From: Azolla caroliniana
Lineage: Eukaryota; Plantae; Polypodiophyta
Assembly: GCA_043228905.1 (NCBI GenBank)
Contig: JBHGNT010000008.1
Location: 10,044,001 to 10,108,000 of the forward strand
Length of the DNA stretch: 64,000 nt
Direction of reading: 5' to 3'
Shown: positions 25,300 through 38,116 of the stretch, one piece after another
Numbering within the stretch: the first letter of the stretch is position 1
Layout of the letters: each line of letters starts with the position of its first letter
Translations under genes and position numbers: made by a program
The notes under the pieces: generated by a model
What the model saw: the letters and a program-made list of their open reading frames with translations, nothing else
Databases searched by the model: none
Told to the model about the DNA's origin: nothing

Positions 25300-26456
25300 T
25301 CTTCTTCTAATTGGCTAAGGACATCAAATTTGTTTGCGAGATTCGGACTATTAGTACTATTAGGACTATTATGACTATGAGGACTATCAGAGATTCCTAC
25401 TGAAATAGACTCGGGTTTAGTATAGTCAGAACTAACAACGACTTGGTTTACCTGCCTTCTTGGTCTATGGGGACAGTTTATCGCGATATGCCCTGGTCCA
25501 CCGCAATAAAGGCATAATCGGTTTGTTCGGCGTCGTTGCTTTTCCTCCTCCGATAGCGGCCCACGACGACGTGTAGTGTCAATTTCCATTGGAGTTGGAG
25601 TACTTACTGGAGGCGCATTATGTGACTCCCTTTGAAAAGGTTTTGCTACCACTGAGGCATAGGTAGGCTCGGATCTTGCCCTCGGCATCTGAAATTGTCG
25701 TTCCGAACGTCGCTCGAAGAGGCGGTTGTCACATCTGACCGCTCGACTGATTGCTTCTGTTAATGATTTTGGCTCTTCAGGGAAAGTCAAGAGTAAATCC
25801 TTGACATCGTTGCGTAGACCATAGCGGAACTGCTCCATCAATGCTTGATCATCCCAGGGGATATCGGCGGCGAGTAGGCGGAAATCTGCAGCATATGCGG
25901 AGGCTGGACGGTCACCTTGGCGTAATCGCCGGATTTTGTTGATTGCAGTCCTTATGCTGTCAGTATCTCCAAAACATGCTTTAAACTCATTTATGAATTC
26001 TTCAAAATTATTTAGTACTGGAGATTCCTTTTCTAGTAGCGGAGCGAACCATGCTAATGCTGAGCCATTTAACAACGTGCCTACTAAACCCACTCGTGAT
26101 GCATCGGTGGGATATCGGGACGGATGCATTTGAATAACTAACCGTACCTGGTTAAGAAACCCTCTAAACTGCGATCGCGTTCCATCAAACTTCGTGGGAA
26201 GGCCAATCTTGGGTTCTTTATGAATCCCTTGTGCTCCGTGCCCTTGTTGTTGCATTGCTACGATGGTTGCTTCGAGTTGTTGCACGCGTAACGCAAGTTC
26301 CCCATGCTGTTGTTGCGTTTGCTGCTTTTCTAAGGAAATTTGCTGAAGATCCCCCAACAAGCGTTGATTTTCTTGTTCCAAAGCATGAAACTTCTCTTTC
26401 AAGCATTGAAATTCCGAGAAAACGGATTGATACTCTTCAGCGCTAACGGTGGCCAT
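25287..26456 (-). CDS. gag: Gag with CCHC knuckle
   Basis: 389 aa; coiled N-terminus, PTKFDG, LRQG, CLYCGGPGHIAINC. Confidence 0.96.
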   Translation of the reverse strand: MATVSAEEYQSVFSEFQCLKEKFHALEQENQRLLGDLQQISLEKQQTQQQHGELALRVQQLEATIVAMQQQGHGAQGIHKEPKIGLPTKFDGTRSQFRGFLNQVRLVIQMHPSRYPTDASRVGLVGTLLNGSALAWFAPLLEKESPVLNNFEEFINEFKACFGDTDSIRTAINKIRRLRQGDRPASAYAADFRLLAADIPWDDQALMEQFRYGLRNDVKDLLLTFPEEPKSLTEAISRAVRCDNRLFERRSERQFQMPRARSEPTYASVVAKPFQRESHNAPPVSTPTPMEIDTTRRRGPLSEEEKQRRRTNRLCLYCGGPGHIAINCPHRPRRQVNQVVVSSDYTKPESISVGISDSPHSHNSPNSTNSPNLANKFDVLSQLEEELND

Positions 26457-26690
26457 GGGATGAAGGAAAAGGAAAATAAGAGACTAATAGGAAAGGAGGG
26501 AGACAGAAGGAAGAGGGAGAGAAAAGACCAGACAGGCACCGAAAAATCGGTTCAAACTGTCAGGAACTCTATTAGGGCAGAGAAGGAATTAGTACTAAAA
26601 GAAGGATTAGTACTATTGTCGGGGAATAGTACTAAGACAGAGAAGGATTAGTACTATGAGAGGTGTCGAACTTTGAGAGAAGGAATGGAT

Positions 26691-26744
<54 letters not shown>

Positions 26745-28270
26745 TGATGCGAAAGGTATATGTATTATATGAAGGAAGATATACAACAGTAGTTAGAAGG
26801 CTTAAGACTGGCGTTGAACCGATTTGGTTCGAACTAATGCCTTGCGCCTCCTTTTATAGTGTCTTCAGGAATACTCCTGAAGTTTCTAGAATGTTCCAGA
26901 GAAATCTGGAATATACATCAATTTCCCAATAAAACCTAAATGAAAATAATATCCTTCAAATTACAATTTATAACCTAATGGTAAAGTCTCGACCCGTGTA
27001 ACAAAAGGTTATGGGTTCGAGTCTAGTTATGACAGCTACAAACCGAATCGGACCTACCGGCAAGGTCATGAGCATAAGGAAGTCTGGTCCTATGGGATCC
27101 TCATGCCAATCCGGAAACTTCGGCTGTTCGGCCAGCGTGGCAACGTGAGACCGTGAGAGAAGGCTGGTGGCGGCAAGAAACGGGACCTAGCTACGCGGAA
27201 GACACGAGGAGAGGTGAGACAGACTCAAACAAAAGACACCCCAAATTTCGGCGAGTAGAGACGAAGTCCAGTCCTATGGGATCCTCATGCCAATCCAGAA
27301 ACTCCAGCTGTTCGGCCAACGTGGCAACGTGAGACACAGAGAGAAGGTCGGTGGCGGTAGGGAACTGGACCAGGCAACACAAAGTAGTGGATCGAGAGTT
27401 GTCTAATTGCGAAACCCTTACCGGCCGGCTGCGGTTTCCGACAGAGCCGGTAAGGGCAAGCACAGGTGGTGTCGGGCAAGCAAGGCACACCCAGGGCGGA
27501 ACAAGAGTCGTGCAAGTGGCCATAGCGGGCCGAATCGGAGCACGACTAAGGGACGGCACGCGGAGGTGCTGGGAACGCGGTAACGGGTGCGCAATGGACT
27601 GCACGGGTCAGAGACCGGAAATGATATACGGGCCGGAGAAGGATCCTCCACACCCCCTTCGGAGATCTCGACGGCTCAATTAGAGTGGCGATGACTGGCA
27701 TGGCAAGCCAAGCCCGAGATGCCAAGCCGGTGGGGATGAGGGGACGATGGCAAGCAGAAGCCTCCAGACCGGTTGCAGCAACGCAAGACGAAAGGAGGGC
27801 CAAGCAGGCTACTACGGGTATCCCTCGGATGCAGAGGACACCCACAGGCGAAAGGGAAGCGGTGATGCCGGGACTTTGCACACACCGACTCGGGAGACTA
27901 CGACATCCAGCCCGAGATCCCGTGTGAAACCGAGAGTGACAGACAATAGTGGCAGCAAAGACGGCAACCAAGACAACACGGCTACAGACTGAGGCCAAGC
28001 GGGCCGTTACGGGCGCTCCTCGAGCAGAGGACCCCGGGCTTACGGTGGATAGCGGAGCGTGCATTCGGCCAAGTGAAGGGCCAGCAACGAAGCACGCATA
28101 CTACGGGACCGCGGCGAACAACCTATCAACGGTTCAAATGATCCTACGAGGAAGAATCGGAGTCGACGGTTCAAATCCGGCAGCAATCGACGCGGCAAGC
28201 AAGGATGCGAACGCGAAAGACCGGTTTCTCACCGGCAGGAATCCTTCTCCCTTCTCCGGAATTGGCACGT

Positions 28271-28976
28271 TGTCGTGAAGAAAACCGGCCATAGGCGGAA
28301 TCGAAGGAAAAGGCGCATGAACCGGCTCTTACACGGGTGGACGCAAGGATTGATATATTGTACATAATTCGTAATTAAGGCGACTGGTGTAAATACTAGG
28401 TAGTGCGCATTTATTGGGGAATTTTTTGCGTATCTTTGTCAACAGGAACAGGGAATAAAGTAGTTTAGCTAAGGAAAATGGGGCACCCCTTTTGGGGGGA
28501 ACTATTTAAGGAGGGAGGGGAAAAAGGAACAGGTATCATGCGCTAGGGAGGACGAAGTGCTACTGCTGATCTAAGTGCCGAGCTCTCTCTTCTCCTCCGG
28601 TCGTCGGTCTCTGTAGGTCGGGAGTTTGCTGCCTCTGACTCGTGGACAGCCCGTGCGCTTTTAGCAGAGTCTCTCCCCCCTTTGTTTCGTTTCTAGGAGT
28701 CGAGCGAGTGCTATCTATGTGCGTGAGTAGGATCCCCGTGTCGGGTCCATCGCCGCCTTGTCGGTTGTAACCGTCAGAGTTGTATTCTCTTGTCATTGTA
28801 ATCTCTTGTTATTGAAACCAAGTGTTACGCTCTATATCTCTCCTTCTTGCTCCGCATATCTATAAATCACTCTCTCTCTCTCTCTCTCCCTTTCTCTCTC
28901 TCCCTCTCTCTCGCTCCTCGGTTCAAGACCCCCGTGGTCCCGCCCCTTTTACACGCACGTGCGTAACAATGCGACA
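28271..28976 (+). repeat. 5' LTR of C2
   Basis: TGTCGTGAAG...GCGACA; shares terminal motifs with the C1 and C3 LTRs. Confidence 0.9.
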
Positions 28977-30204
28977 TATTTGGTGAACCCGACGTGAACG
29001 GGGCGGCAAAGGAGTCCAAAGATGAGGGGATCGGAGCTAGCAAAGGCAATGGCGGTGGCCGTCGACCGGCTGGTGAGCGCTCATGAGGGGACGGGTACCC
29101 TCGACAGAGCCACTGAATCGATCGTCGGCTCTATAGGCCGCTTTGGAGGGAAAGACGCCATAAGTTATTTGGAGGCTTACCGGGCCGAATTGATCATGAG
29201 GGATATCCCGGTGGACAGGCGGTTGTCCGGATTCCCTCGGGGGGTGACGCCAAGCATCCATGCGGAGGTGCTCGAGGTGCTGGCTGGATGCCAGACTTGG
29301 GAGGAGTTCGAGTTACAGCTCCTTGAGAAGTACGGGTTTGACGACTCGCTTTGGTTGTCGAGGCGGGACTTCATGGCGTGGGTGGAAAGCCCCAGAAAGG
29401 GGAGGAACAAGTCCTCCTGGAGTTCGAAAAACGGTTCGCGCGGCTGTCGACGTTGGACTGGACGGTGCTCGAAACAAGTCGAGTACTACTGTTGTCAAGT
29501 CGGTGGATGCGCTCGACAGGGAAAAGGTGGGTCCCCTATTGGAAACGGACGAAGGGCTCACGGCAGACTGGGCCATGGTAAAACGGGTCTGCAGCCATTT
29601 CGACAAACGGCGCGATTGGAGCGACGGAAGCTCGTCGGGGTCGGGGCCGGTCCCAGGGAGGAGGCTCGAGGAGCCAGTATCGGTGCAGGCCGGTAGGAAG
29701 GAAGAGACCCGAATCTGGCCAGAGTCGGGGTCGGCATCGAACAACGTAGTCAGAGGTCCATCCGGAGGAGCGGCTCTGGAGGAGCTGACACAAATGGTGC
29801 GCGACCTGCAAATCGCACAGGCCCGGAGAGACAGCGGCGAACAACCTCGCGACCGAAGGCCGCCGGCTGGGCAGCGGTGCATGTGGTGTGACGCGATCGG
29901 TCACATTCGGAAGGATTGCGCGGATTTCGCCGACGCGCTCAGGACCAACGTGGTGTACCTCTAGAACGGGCGGGTGCACGCGAGCAAGACCCGAAGAGCC
30001 CTAGAACTGAATACGGGGCGCGGCGGAATGAAGAGGTTGATGGAAGAGGCCGCGGCACGCCACGTCGAAGCCGTTAACTACTCGGTGTCGGCAGGAATTC
30101 GGGTCGGGGGTGATGAGACTCGGAAGGCGAAAGACTCCAGATTCTGGCCGCTAGTGCTAGAAGGCCTCTTCGGAGTTCGGCTGAAGAAGGAAGAGGCGGA
30201 CCGC

Positions 30205-33200
30205 TGTCGTGAAGATTTTCGTCCATAGGCGGAAAACCGAGCGAAGTAAGCAAACCCGCGATGTGCAACGTTGCACATCAAGATGTTGTATTTCTATTTG
30301 TCGATAGTGATAAGTGTGGTGCTAGAAATGCACCTTAGGATTTGAAAAGTGTAAAGGTGATGTGCTTTTGCGCGCACATCCACGTGAGAGAGAGAGATAG
30401 GTACATAGTAGTTCGTGTAGAGGTGGGAGTTAAGACCCATCCTTCCCACCTCCCCTAAAATCAAGGGAAATATCCCCATTGATTGAAAGGGGATATTTTG
30501 TAGCACCTTTATGTAACGGTCTTCCCTCCTTGTGCTATAAAGGGAGAGGAAGAGCACCATTGTGGGGGTTGCCTTATTTTTGAGTGTAAGTGAGGTATAC
30601 CATTTCGTTTTAGGGTTTCGTTTAGGGTTTCTTTTCTTCTTCGTCGGATTAGGGTTTCGGGTTTATCATAGTCGTTTGGTGCGGCCTACGCGGCCGCCAT
30701 TTTGTAATCGGTTTGCGGTTCTAATATATCTTGTTAGCATTTTGCCTCCATCTTCCTCTCGTTCATTCTTTCTCTTCTTGTGCTAAGCTCCATTCCGAAG
30801 TCCTATTCCTTCTCCCCTTCTCCTTAGTCCAAGACCCCCGTGGTTCCGCCCTTCTCCACGCACGCGCGTAACAACGCGACATCTTTGGTGAACCCGACGT
30901 GAAGGGCGGCAAGGGAGAAAGAGATGGAAGAAGGCTTCAACTTCGAGGAGATGATGACAAAGATCTTGATGGACGCCGGACGGAAGAGGGCGAGGCGAGA
31001 GGCGGCTCAACAAGCGGTCGAAAGGGTGGTCCGTCTAGTCGGCCGGTTCGATGGGAAGGAGGTCCCAAAATTTTTGAGAGCCTACGATGCGGAAATGACG
31101 GGGATGGGCGTGGACGAAGCGACGAGGCTAGAGTTCTTTCGTCGAGCGGCGGCCGCATCAAAGTACGAGGAGGTCAAGGAGCTCCAAGAAGCTCACGAAT
31201 CGTGGGAGTCCTTTGAAGGGGCTCTAATGGAGGCATACGGATGCGCGGAATCGGAGGTAAGAGGTCGGCGAGAGTTCGATCGGTGGGTGGCGTCGGCGAG
31301 GCGCCATCGGAGCGCAATAGAGGCATTCCGAGAGTTCGAGCGTCGTTTCTCTCAACTCTCGGAGTGGGAACGAAGATCGGTGGGGGCGGACAAAGTCCTC
31401 CTATTTTTGAAGACGGTCCATCATGAGGAGAGGATGGACATCATGATCGAGCTTCAAGACGATTATGGGGCGCATGATCTCACCGAGGAGTGGCCCGAAG
31501 TAGAACGGGTGTGCCGACAACATGATAAGAGGTGGTCGGCCACAACACGACCCGCGAGCGGGGGAGAAGAGAGAGCGACGACCGACTACGCCGTGCCGTC
31601 GGACGAGAGCTCATCGCGAACCGGTTTGGAGGGGCCCGACCTACAAGCGCTAATACGGGAGGCGTGCGGGCTCGTAATGGCGAAAATCGAAGCCGAAGAA
31701 TGGCTTATTGCGGGGTCGGGCCCGAGCGGATCGGAGGACGCGGAGGAAGGAGCTTCCTCACACGTGGAGGACGGGGCCTATGCGGAGGCCGAAAGAGAAT
31801 GGTACATCGGTACCACGGGAGAGGGTGCGGAGCAAGCCGCCCTCTCGACATGGGGGAAAAGAACGACCGAGGACGAGGTCGGGGACGGTGAGGCGGCGAT
31901 CGCCGATTCGGGCGGACATGGCGGATTCGGGACATGGTGGCCCGAATCATCGAGTACGGAGGAGACAAGCGGCGGTACCACAACCTTCCACGCACCGGTT
32001 CAAGAGACCCCGGCGGCCGGCCCGAGCGCCCGCGTGAGACCGAGGGAAAAGAACGGTGGCGGCGGCAAGGCGGGCAACCGAGACAACGGTAAGGAGACCG
32101 CGGAAGAGGCGGCGGCAAGCATAACCGATGCTTGCATATACGGAGGCGGGGCAGCCACGGACAACGACGTCCGAGCGGAGGTGGCTACGGACATTACATC
32201 GACGAGCGGCGGTCCCGCGACCTTACACGCGTCATTCGTAGAGAAGACGGCGGCCGGCCCGAGTGCCCGCGTAAGACCTATGGTGAAAGGCGGTGGCGGT
32301 GGCAAGGCGGGCGACCACGGCGTCGACACGAGAGAAGGTGCGGAGCAAGCGACCGTCTCATCTCGGGGAAAAAGAACGGCCATGGATGAGGCCGATATCT
32401 ACGGAGCGATGGATGCCACTTCGAGAGTGGGCGGAAGTTTCGGGACGCGGTTGCCCGAAACGTTCTACGAGGATTTCGCGAGCATACTCGAGGCTTGCGA
32501 AATGGAGGAGGAAGAGGAGACGAGCGTCGGTGTCGCGACCTTCCACACACCGGCCCTAGAGGCTTCGGCGGTCGGCCCGAGTGCCGGCACGAGACCTAGA
32601 GCTACGGACGGTGGCGGCGGCAAGGCGGACAACCGAGATAAGGACGAGTCCGGCGAAGAAGAGGCGGCGGCAAGCATACTCGATGCTTGCGGAACCGAAG
32701 ACGGGGTAGCCACGGACGACGATGGAGGTGGCTACGGACGAGAGGAGTGGTGGTGTCGCGACCTTCCACACACCGGTCCTAGAGACTCCGGCACCCGGCC
32801 CGAGAGCCGGCGAGAGGCCTAGAGTGACGGACGGTGGCGGCGGCAAGGCGGGCAACCGAAACGACGACGACATGGGAGAGGGTGCGGAGCGAGCAACCCT
32901 CTCGTCTTGCGGCGAATGGACGGCCAAGGATGAGGCCGGTGACTACAAAGCGGAGAGTGCCACTTCGAAAGTGGGCGGAAGATTCGGGGCACGGCGTCGC
33001 AAAACATCGAGCGGAGAGGAGGCGAGCGGTGGTGCCGCGACCTTCCACACACCGGCCCTAGAGGCTTCGGCGGTCGGCCCGAGTGCCGGCACGAGACCTA
33101 GAACGACGGGCGGTGGCGGCGGCAAGGCGGGCAAACAAAATGATGCGGAGAACGGCGAAGAAGAGGTGGTGGCAAGCATACTAGAGGCTTACGGAATCGG

Positions 33201-35857
33201 AGATGGGGGAGCCGCGGACAACGACGTCCGAACGAAAGCGGCTACGGAGACAACAAGCGGCGGTGCCGGGTCCTTACCCACACCAATTCTAGAGGCTCCA
33301 ATGGCCGGCCCGAGTGCCGGCATGAGGCTTAGTGCGACGGGAGGTGACGGCGGCAAGGCGGGCAACGGAAACGAGAAGGAAGATTGGAGCGGACGGAGGC
33401 AAGACCCCTTGACACCGGGGCCGGAGACTTCGGCGGTTGTGCTCGAATGCCAACGTGAGACCGGAGAGATGGGCGGTGACCATGAGGAGGTGAGGCCCGG
33501 AGAGAGCGCATACGAAGACGAGTATGCGGGGCCCGGAATGGGCGTATACGGTGGGTCCGACGGAGAGGACCGGAGCGGAAACGAGGAGAGAGTCGGGAAC
33601 CGACCCGACCGGAATACGGCACGGAAGAAGAAGAGAGTGAGGGCCGGCGAACCGGGCCCAAACCGAAGGAAGCCGGCAAGACCGATTGGCCGGTTACGGT
33701 TACGGTTACGATGGGAGCCGGTAAGCGCGAGATGGAGGCTAACCGGGCACGACGACCATGGTTCGGGGGAAAAACGGAAACAAACGAGACCCTCCATACC
33801 CACTCTAGAGACTACGACGGTTGCGGATCAACATAAGACCGGAGAAACGGTGGGTGGCGGCGAGGAGTCGGAGGCCGGAGCGTACGAGGTTACCGGAACG
33901 GATATCCGGTACGAGATGGTGGACGGGTGGGTCCAAGACGGCGAGCCCGTGTCGGAACGGGCTACGGCGACAAAGGAGGAGAAGACCGACACGGAGGTCG
34001 GGTCTACGGCGGAAGAGCGAGACGAGATGCATGCAATACGGCCGATGGAGGGCCAAGACACAAGCATGCCTACGAAGGAGCCACATCGAGCGACCGAAGA
34101 TGACGGTCGGATCACGCCTTCGAGAGGCGAATACGAGGAGGAAGGCGGCGACGACAAGACCTGGCACGATGCTAGGGAAGATTGGTGGGAAGAGGTGGCC
34201 TACGGAGAGGCTAAGACCGGCGGCCACGAAGATAAGGCCCGAGAGGGATCCTCCACACCGGCTATGGAGACTCCGGCGGTCGGCGCGGGTGCCGACGTGA
34301 GACCAAGAGTGGCGGACGGTGGCGGCGAAGGGACGAAGGCCACAACGGATGAAGGCACCGAGAGAGGCATACGGGAGGTCGCGGAGAACGAAGATGTATG
34401 CGCCCAAAAGAACGAACACGACATCACGAAGGATGTGTGCGGTCGAGCGGGCCAAGAGGGCCAAGAGGGTGTTCCTCCGAGCGAAACGGAGGTCGGGGAA
34501 GAAGGGTACCTTTCCGAAAGGGTACGCGAAGAGGAGCGGAATGCGAAACGTGCAATACGGCCGCATGAGGGCCAAGCAACGAGCACGGGAACGATGGTAT
34601 GCTCTACGGCGAGAGAGCACGGCAAGCAAGGGGAAGGCGAAAAATGCGTGATGGGGTCATCGAAGGACCGAAGCACGAGCACGCATTCGGAGGACGACAC
34701 CGACGTACGGGAAAAGCCTACGGAAGGCAAGCGCGGAGCGAGAAGAGTCGGCACGACGAGGTGCGCGGCACGAAAAAGGCGGATCCGGAGGATATGCGAG
34801 GCAGACAAAGGGTCGGCAACGGCGTTCGGGAGGACCGATCGGGGAAGAAAGCGCGGGCATCGGAAACGGCGGTCCGGATGTAGACGGTGGTTCGAAGAAA
34901 CACGGTGGACGTGGCGGATCGGGTGGAGGCAACGACTCGGCGAACGTCGTCAAGTGTGGCGGATCGGACGGAGCCGACGGTTCGAGACCATTCGGCGGAG
35001 ATGGTGGGCCGGAAGGCGACGGTGGTTCGTGTGGACGGGGTGGACTTGCTCGAAGTGGAAGACAAAGCCGGGCAAGCCCACGAGGTTGTCAAGGGCTCGG
35101 TTAGCCGCCTTGGCCGAAAATCTCGCGTTTTGTTCCCCTTTTGGCACATACCGGTGGATGTGCGGTTAGGTGGGGGCGGATGTCGTGAAGATTTTCGTCC
35201 ATAGGCGGAAAACCGAGCGAAGTAAGCAAACCCGCGATGTGCAACGTTGCACATCAAGATGTTGTATTTCTATTTGTCGATAGTGATAAGTGTGGTGCTA
35301 GAAATGCACCTTAGGATTTGAAAAGTGTAAAGGTGATGTGCTTTTGCGCGCACATCCACGTGAGAGAGAGAGATAGGTACATAGTAGTTCGTGTAGAGGT
35401 GGGAGTTAAGACCCATCCTTCCCACCTCCCCTAAAATCAAGGGAAATATCCCCATTGATTGAAAGGGGATATTTTGTAGCACCTTTATGTAACGGTCTTC
35501 CCTCCTTGTGCTATAAAGGGAGAGGAAGAGCACCATTGTGGGGGTTGCCTTATTTTTGAGTGTAAGTGAGGTATACCATTTCGTTTTAGGGTTTCGTTTA
35601 GGGTTTCTTTTCTTCTTCGTCGGATTAGGGTTTCGGGTTTATCATAGTCGTTTGGTGCGGCCTACGCGGCCGCCATTTTGTAATCGGTTTGCGGTTCTAA
35701 TATATCTTGTTAGCATTTTGCCTCCATCTTCCTCTCGTTCATTCTTTCTCTTCTTGTGCTAAGCTCCATTCCGAAGTCCTATTCCTTCTCCCCTTCTCCT
35801 TAGTCCAAGACCCCCGTGGTTCCGCCCTTCTCCACGCACGCGCGTAACAACGCGACA
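30205..35857 (+). mobile_element. Young non-autonomous Gag-only LTR element C3
   Basis: 677-bp LTRs at 30205-30881 and 35181-35857, apparently identical; 4-bp TSD CCGC; Trp PBS at 30886; PPT-like GGTGGGGGCGGA; no PR, RT or INT motifs. Confidence 0.95.
30924..35169 (+). CDS. Gag-like N-terminus fused to a long acidic/Gly-rich repeat region (two ORFs, one frameshift near 32720)
   Basis: ORFs 30924-32822 (632 aa) and 32722-35169 (815 aa); RFDGKEVPKFLRAY is homologous to C2 gag; repeated TFHTPALEASAVGPSAGTRPR..GGGGKAGN unit. Confidence 0.7.
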
Positions 35858-38069
35858 CCGCGCGGAACAACGGGTCCAGGAGGTCACCGGTTGGGACGAT
35901 CCGGTCGAAGAGAAAACGGGCTTCATAGAAGCCGCTCGCCAAAACTACGAGGTTCTGGTGGAGGACAAATGAGTAGGAAAGGCCGGAGGGGTCGGTCCCC
36001 CGCAGAGGTATGAGACCCGGTTCAGACCGAAACCGATCGGTGCCGGCACCCCAGGCGTGCCGGACGGAAAGAAGCAGGCGGGGTTTCGGTTGAGCACCAA
36101 AATCGAAAGGACCACAGACCTGCGAAAGGTCCTGGAGGAACGTATCCTTGACAGTAAAGTGGAGATGTCGTTGCGGGAGGTGCTGGGAATCGCCAAGAGG
36201 GAGTTCCACGACTCTATCGTAGACTTGGTGAAGCGGAAGAGGGTCTCGATGGAGCCGGAACCGGAGAAGCTGGTGGAAGTGCGAACCACACACTTGGAAG
36301 ACGAAACCCTAGAAGACGAGTTGGCGGAGAGCCACTACACGAAACCGCATTGGGCCAGGGAAACTACGGAAACCCCTGTACGGATCGGCAATGTCCTGGA
36401 ACCGGTGGTGGCATTGGTAGACCATGGGTCCGAAATCAACCTGATGTCCATGGATTTCTACAAGAAGGGTAAATGGCCGATCAATACCAAGCACAGCTAG
36501 AAGATACGGGCGGCGACGCGCGCCACGGAAGAACTACATGGGGCTTGTCCGAACGTACAGGTGAAAATCGGCGACGTTGAGATCGACCATCACTTCTTCG
36601 TGCAGGAGACGTCCTCGCATCCGGTTATACTAGGAGAGCCATACATCACGGCGGCATGGATGGAGACCAAGGTGTTGGACAACGGTTCAGCCTATGCAAG
36701 TGTCAAGAGCCAGGATGAGAGTCACTCGGTCCAGTTCCTAACGGTGCGACCAAACCACGAGCGTAACCGCGAGGCCCTCGGCGGCGAAACCCAAGGGGAT
36801 TTTTAGAAAGGGCTATCGTGGCGTGGGGCCGCGATAGTCCGAACACCCGGGAAGAACCCCACAAATGTACAGTACGGAAGAAGACCTATACCATAGGTAG
36901 GAAATTTTGGTTCTCCGACAACGGAGGTTGTACAATAACCGGCGTTAGTGGCCGGGAGAGGAAGTGAGCGGAGGATCGGTTCAGGGGATGCGGAGTCCTC
37001 TTCCCCGACGAAGACATCAGCGGTACCGTGGAGGCGGTCTCTTATGACAACACCTTGGGCGAACTGCGAAAGGTGATCGGTGAAGACCTTAGAGAAGACC
37101 GGACCATTCCGGTAGGATCAATGGGAATGTACGAAGTCATCGCGGACTTCGGTGAAAGGATCGGGTCGGATCGGACGGCCCGCATGGATACAAAGTACAA
37201 GACTGTGGACCGGAAGGTGAGGCTAGTCGTGGCACCCTTGCCGGAGGGCAGCGAGGAGCGGATAAAAGGGGTCGCGTCGGACCCAAGTTTACGGAATCCG
37301 GTTGGCATAGGGCACCGGTTCACCGACATAATGCTACGGGAGCTCAAGGTCGGTGGGGGTGGCTTTCTACTGCCGGCGGAGGAGGACCGGTTTCGAAGAA
37401 TGCTCGGGAGGCACGGGAAGGCTTTCGCATTCTCACCGGAGGATATCGGGTGCGTAGACCCGACAGTTGTCGAACCGATGGTGATCTTCACAATACCACA
37501 TGTACCGTGGAATCTCAAGCCGATTCCGGTGCCGAGAGCTCACATCCCGAAGTTGATGGAGCTCCTGAAGCAAAAGGTGGAGATGGGCATCCTCGAACCG
37601 TCGAGTGCCCCGTATTCGAATCGGTGGTTTACAGTGCTGAAGAATGTTACCGGCCGGCAAGGAGTCCAAAATACGGAGTGAAGGAATTAATTAAGTATGG
37701 TTGTAAATAAGCATAGTGTGGACGGACGGACTGGAAACGGTATGCCGTTCCAGATCCGGACGGATCCCGAATAGGTGCGATAGGCACCGTTTTGTACTAC
37801 GGGCCGGAAACCTATTTAAAGGCCCGGACCCCATTGTAATCGCAGCGGATAATTAATAGAGCATATGGTGTTTATACTTCTGTGTTGATTTCCGTTCTGT
37901 AATTACTGTTATATCTTACGCGTGTAATTAACAAAAGCGCTCTAATCGTGTAACCTACGTAAGTCGGTGTAATCGTTGAGTCTTAATCCTATGCCGTAAT
38001 CACCCTTTGGTGAAGTGTCTCCGTGACACCTTGTGTTAGGCCTTGTCCGGTCAGAGAATAACACAGTTT

Positions 38070-38079
38070 TGGCGACCAC
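38070..38079 (+). promoter_or_regulatory. Minus-strand PBS, tRNA-Arg(UCG)-like
   Basis: TGGCGACCAC 6 nt after the LTR; the same motif is in D' (about 53993-54002, minus). tRNA identity from memory. Confidence 0.7.
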
Positions 38080-38116
38080 GATTCCTGCTTTCTCGCACCG
38101 AACGACGGCTTGATGG

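Larger units (their letters stand above)
21236..27034 (-). mobile_element. Intact chromovirus (Tcn1/Tf1-like Ty3/Gypsy)
   Basis: LTRs at 21236-21710 and 26558-27034, apparently identical apart from (GA)n length; TSD GCTAC; PPT AAAGGGGGGATAG; intact gag and pol with chromodomain. Confidence 0.98.
15319..28270 (+). mobile_element. Non-autonomous Trp-primed Gypsy element C1 (Gag-like plus repeats); 3' end outside window
   Basis: LTR starts TGTCGTGAAG, is split by a Copia, and ends at about 18673. PBS TGGTGAACCTGACGTGA at 18678. Gag-like ORF fragments 18816-19921 are homologous to C3. Confidence 0.85.
29022..36806 (+). pseudogene. gag: C2 gag-protease, interrupted by C3
   Basis: RFGGKDAISYLEAY, knuckle CMWCDAIGHIRKDC, protease VDHGSEINLM...VILGEPY; frameshifts and stops. 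Confidence 0.85.

Noticed and set aside
30200-30204. 5-bp TSD ACCGC for C3
   Set aside because: The right-hand A is the last base of the LTR (GCGACA in both LTRs), so the duplication is 4 bp.
31000-35257. Many overlapping and antisense ORFs of 60-270 aa
   Set aside because: Expected shadow ORFs in GC-rich repetitive sequence; no recognisable domains.
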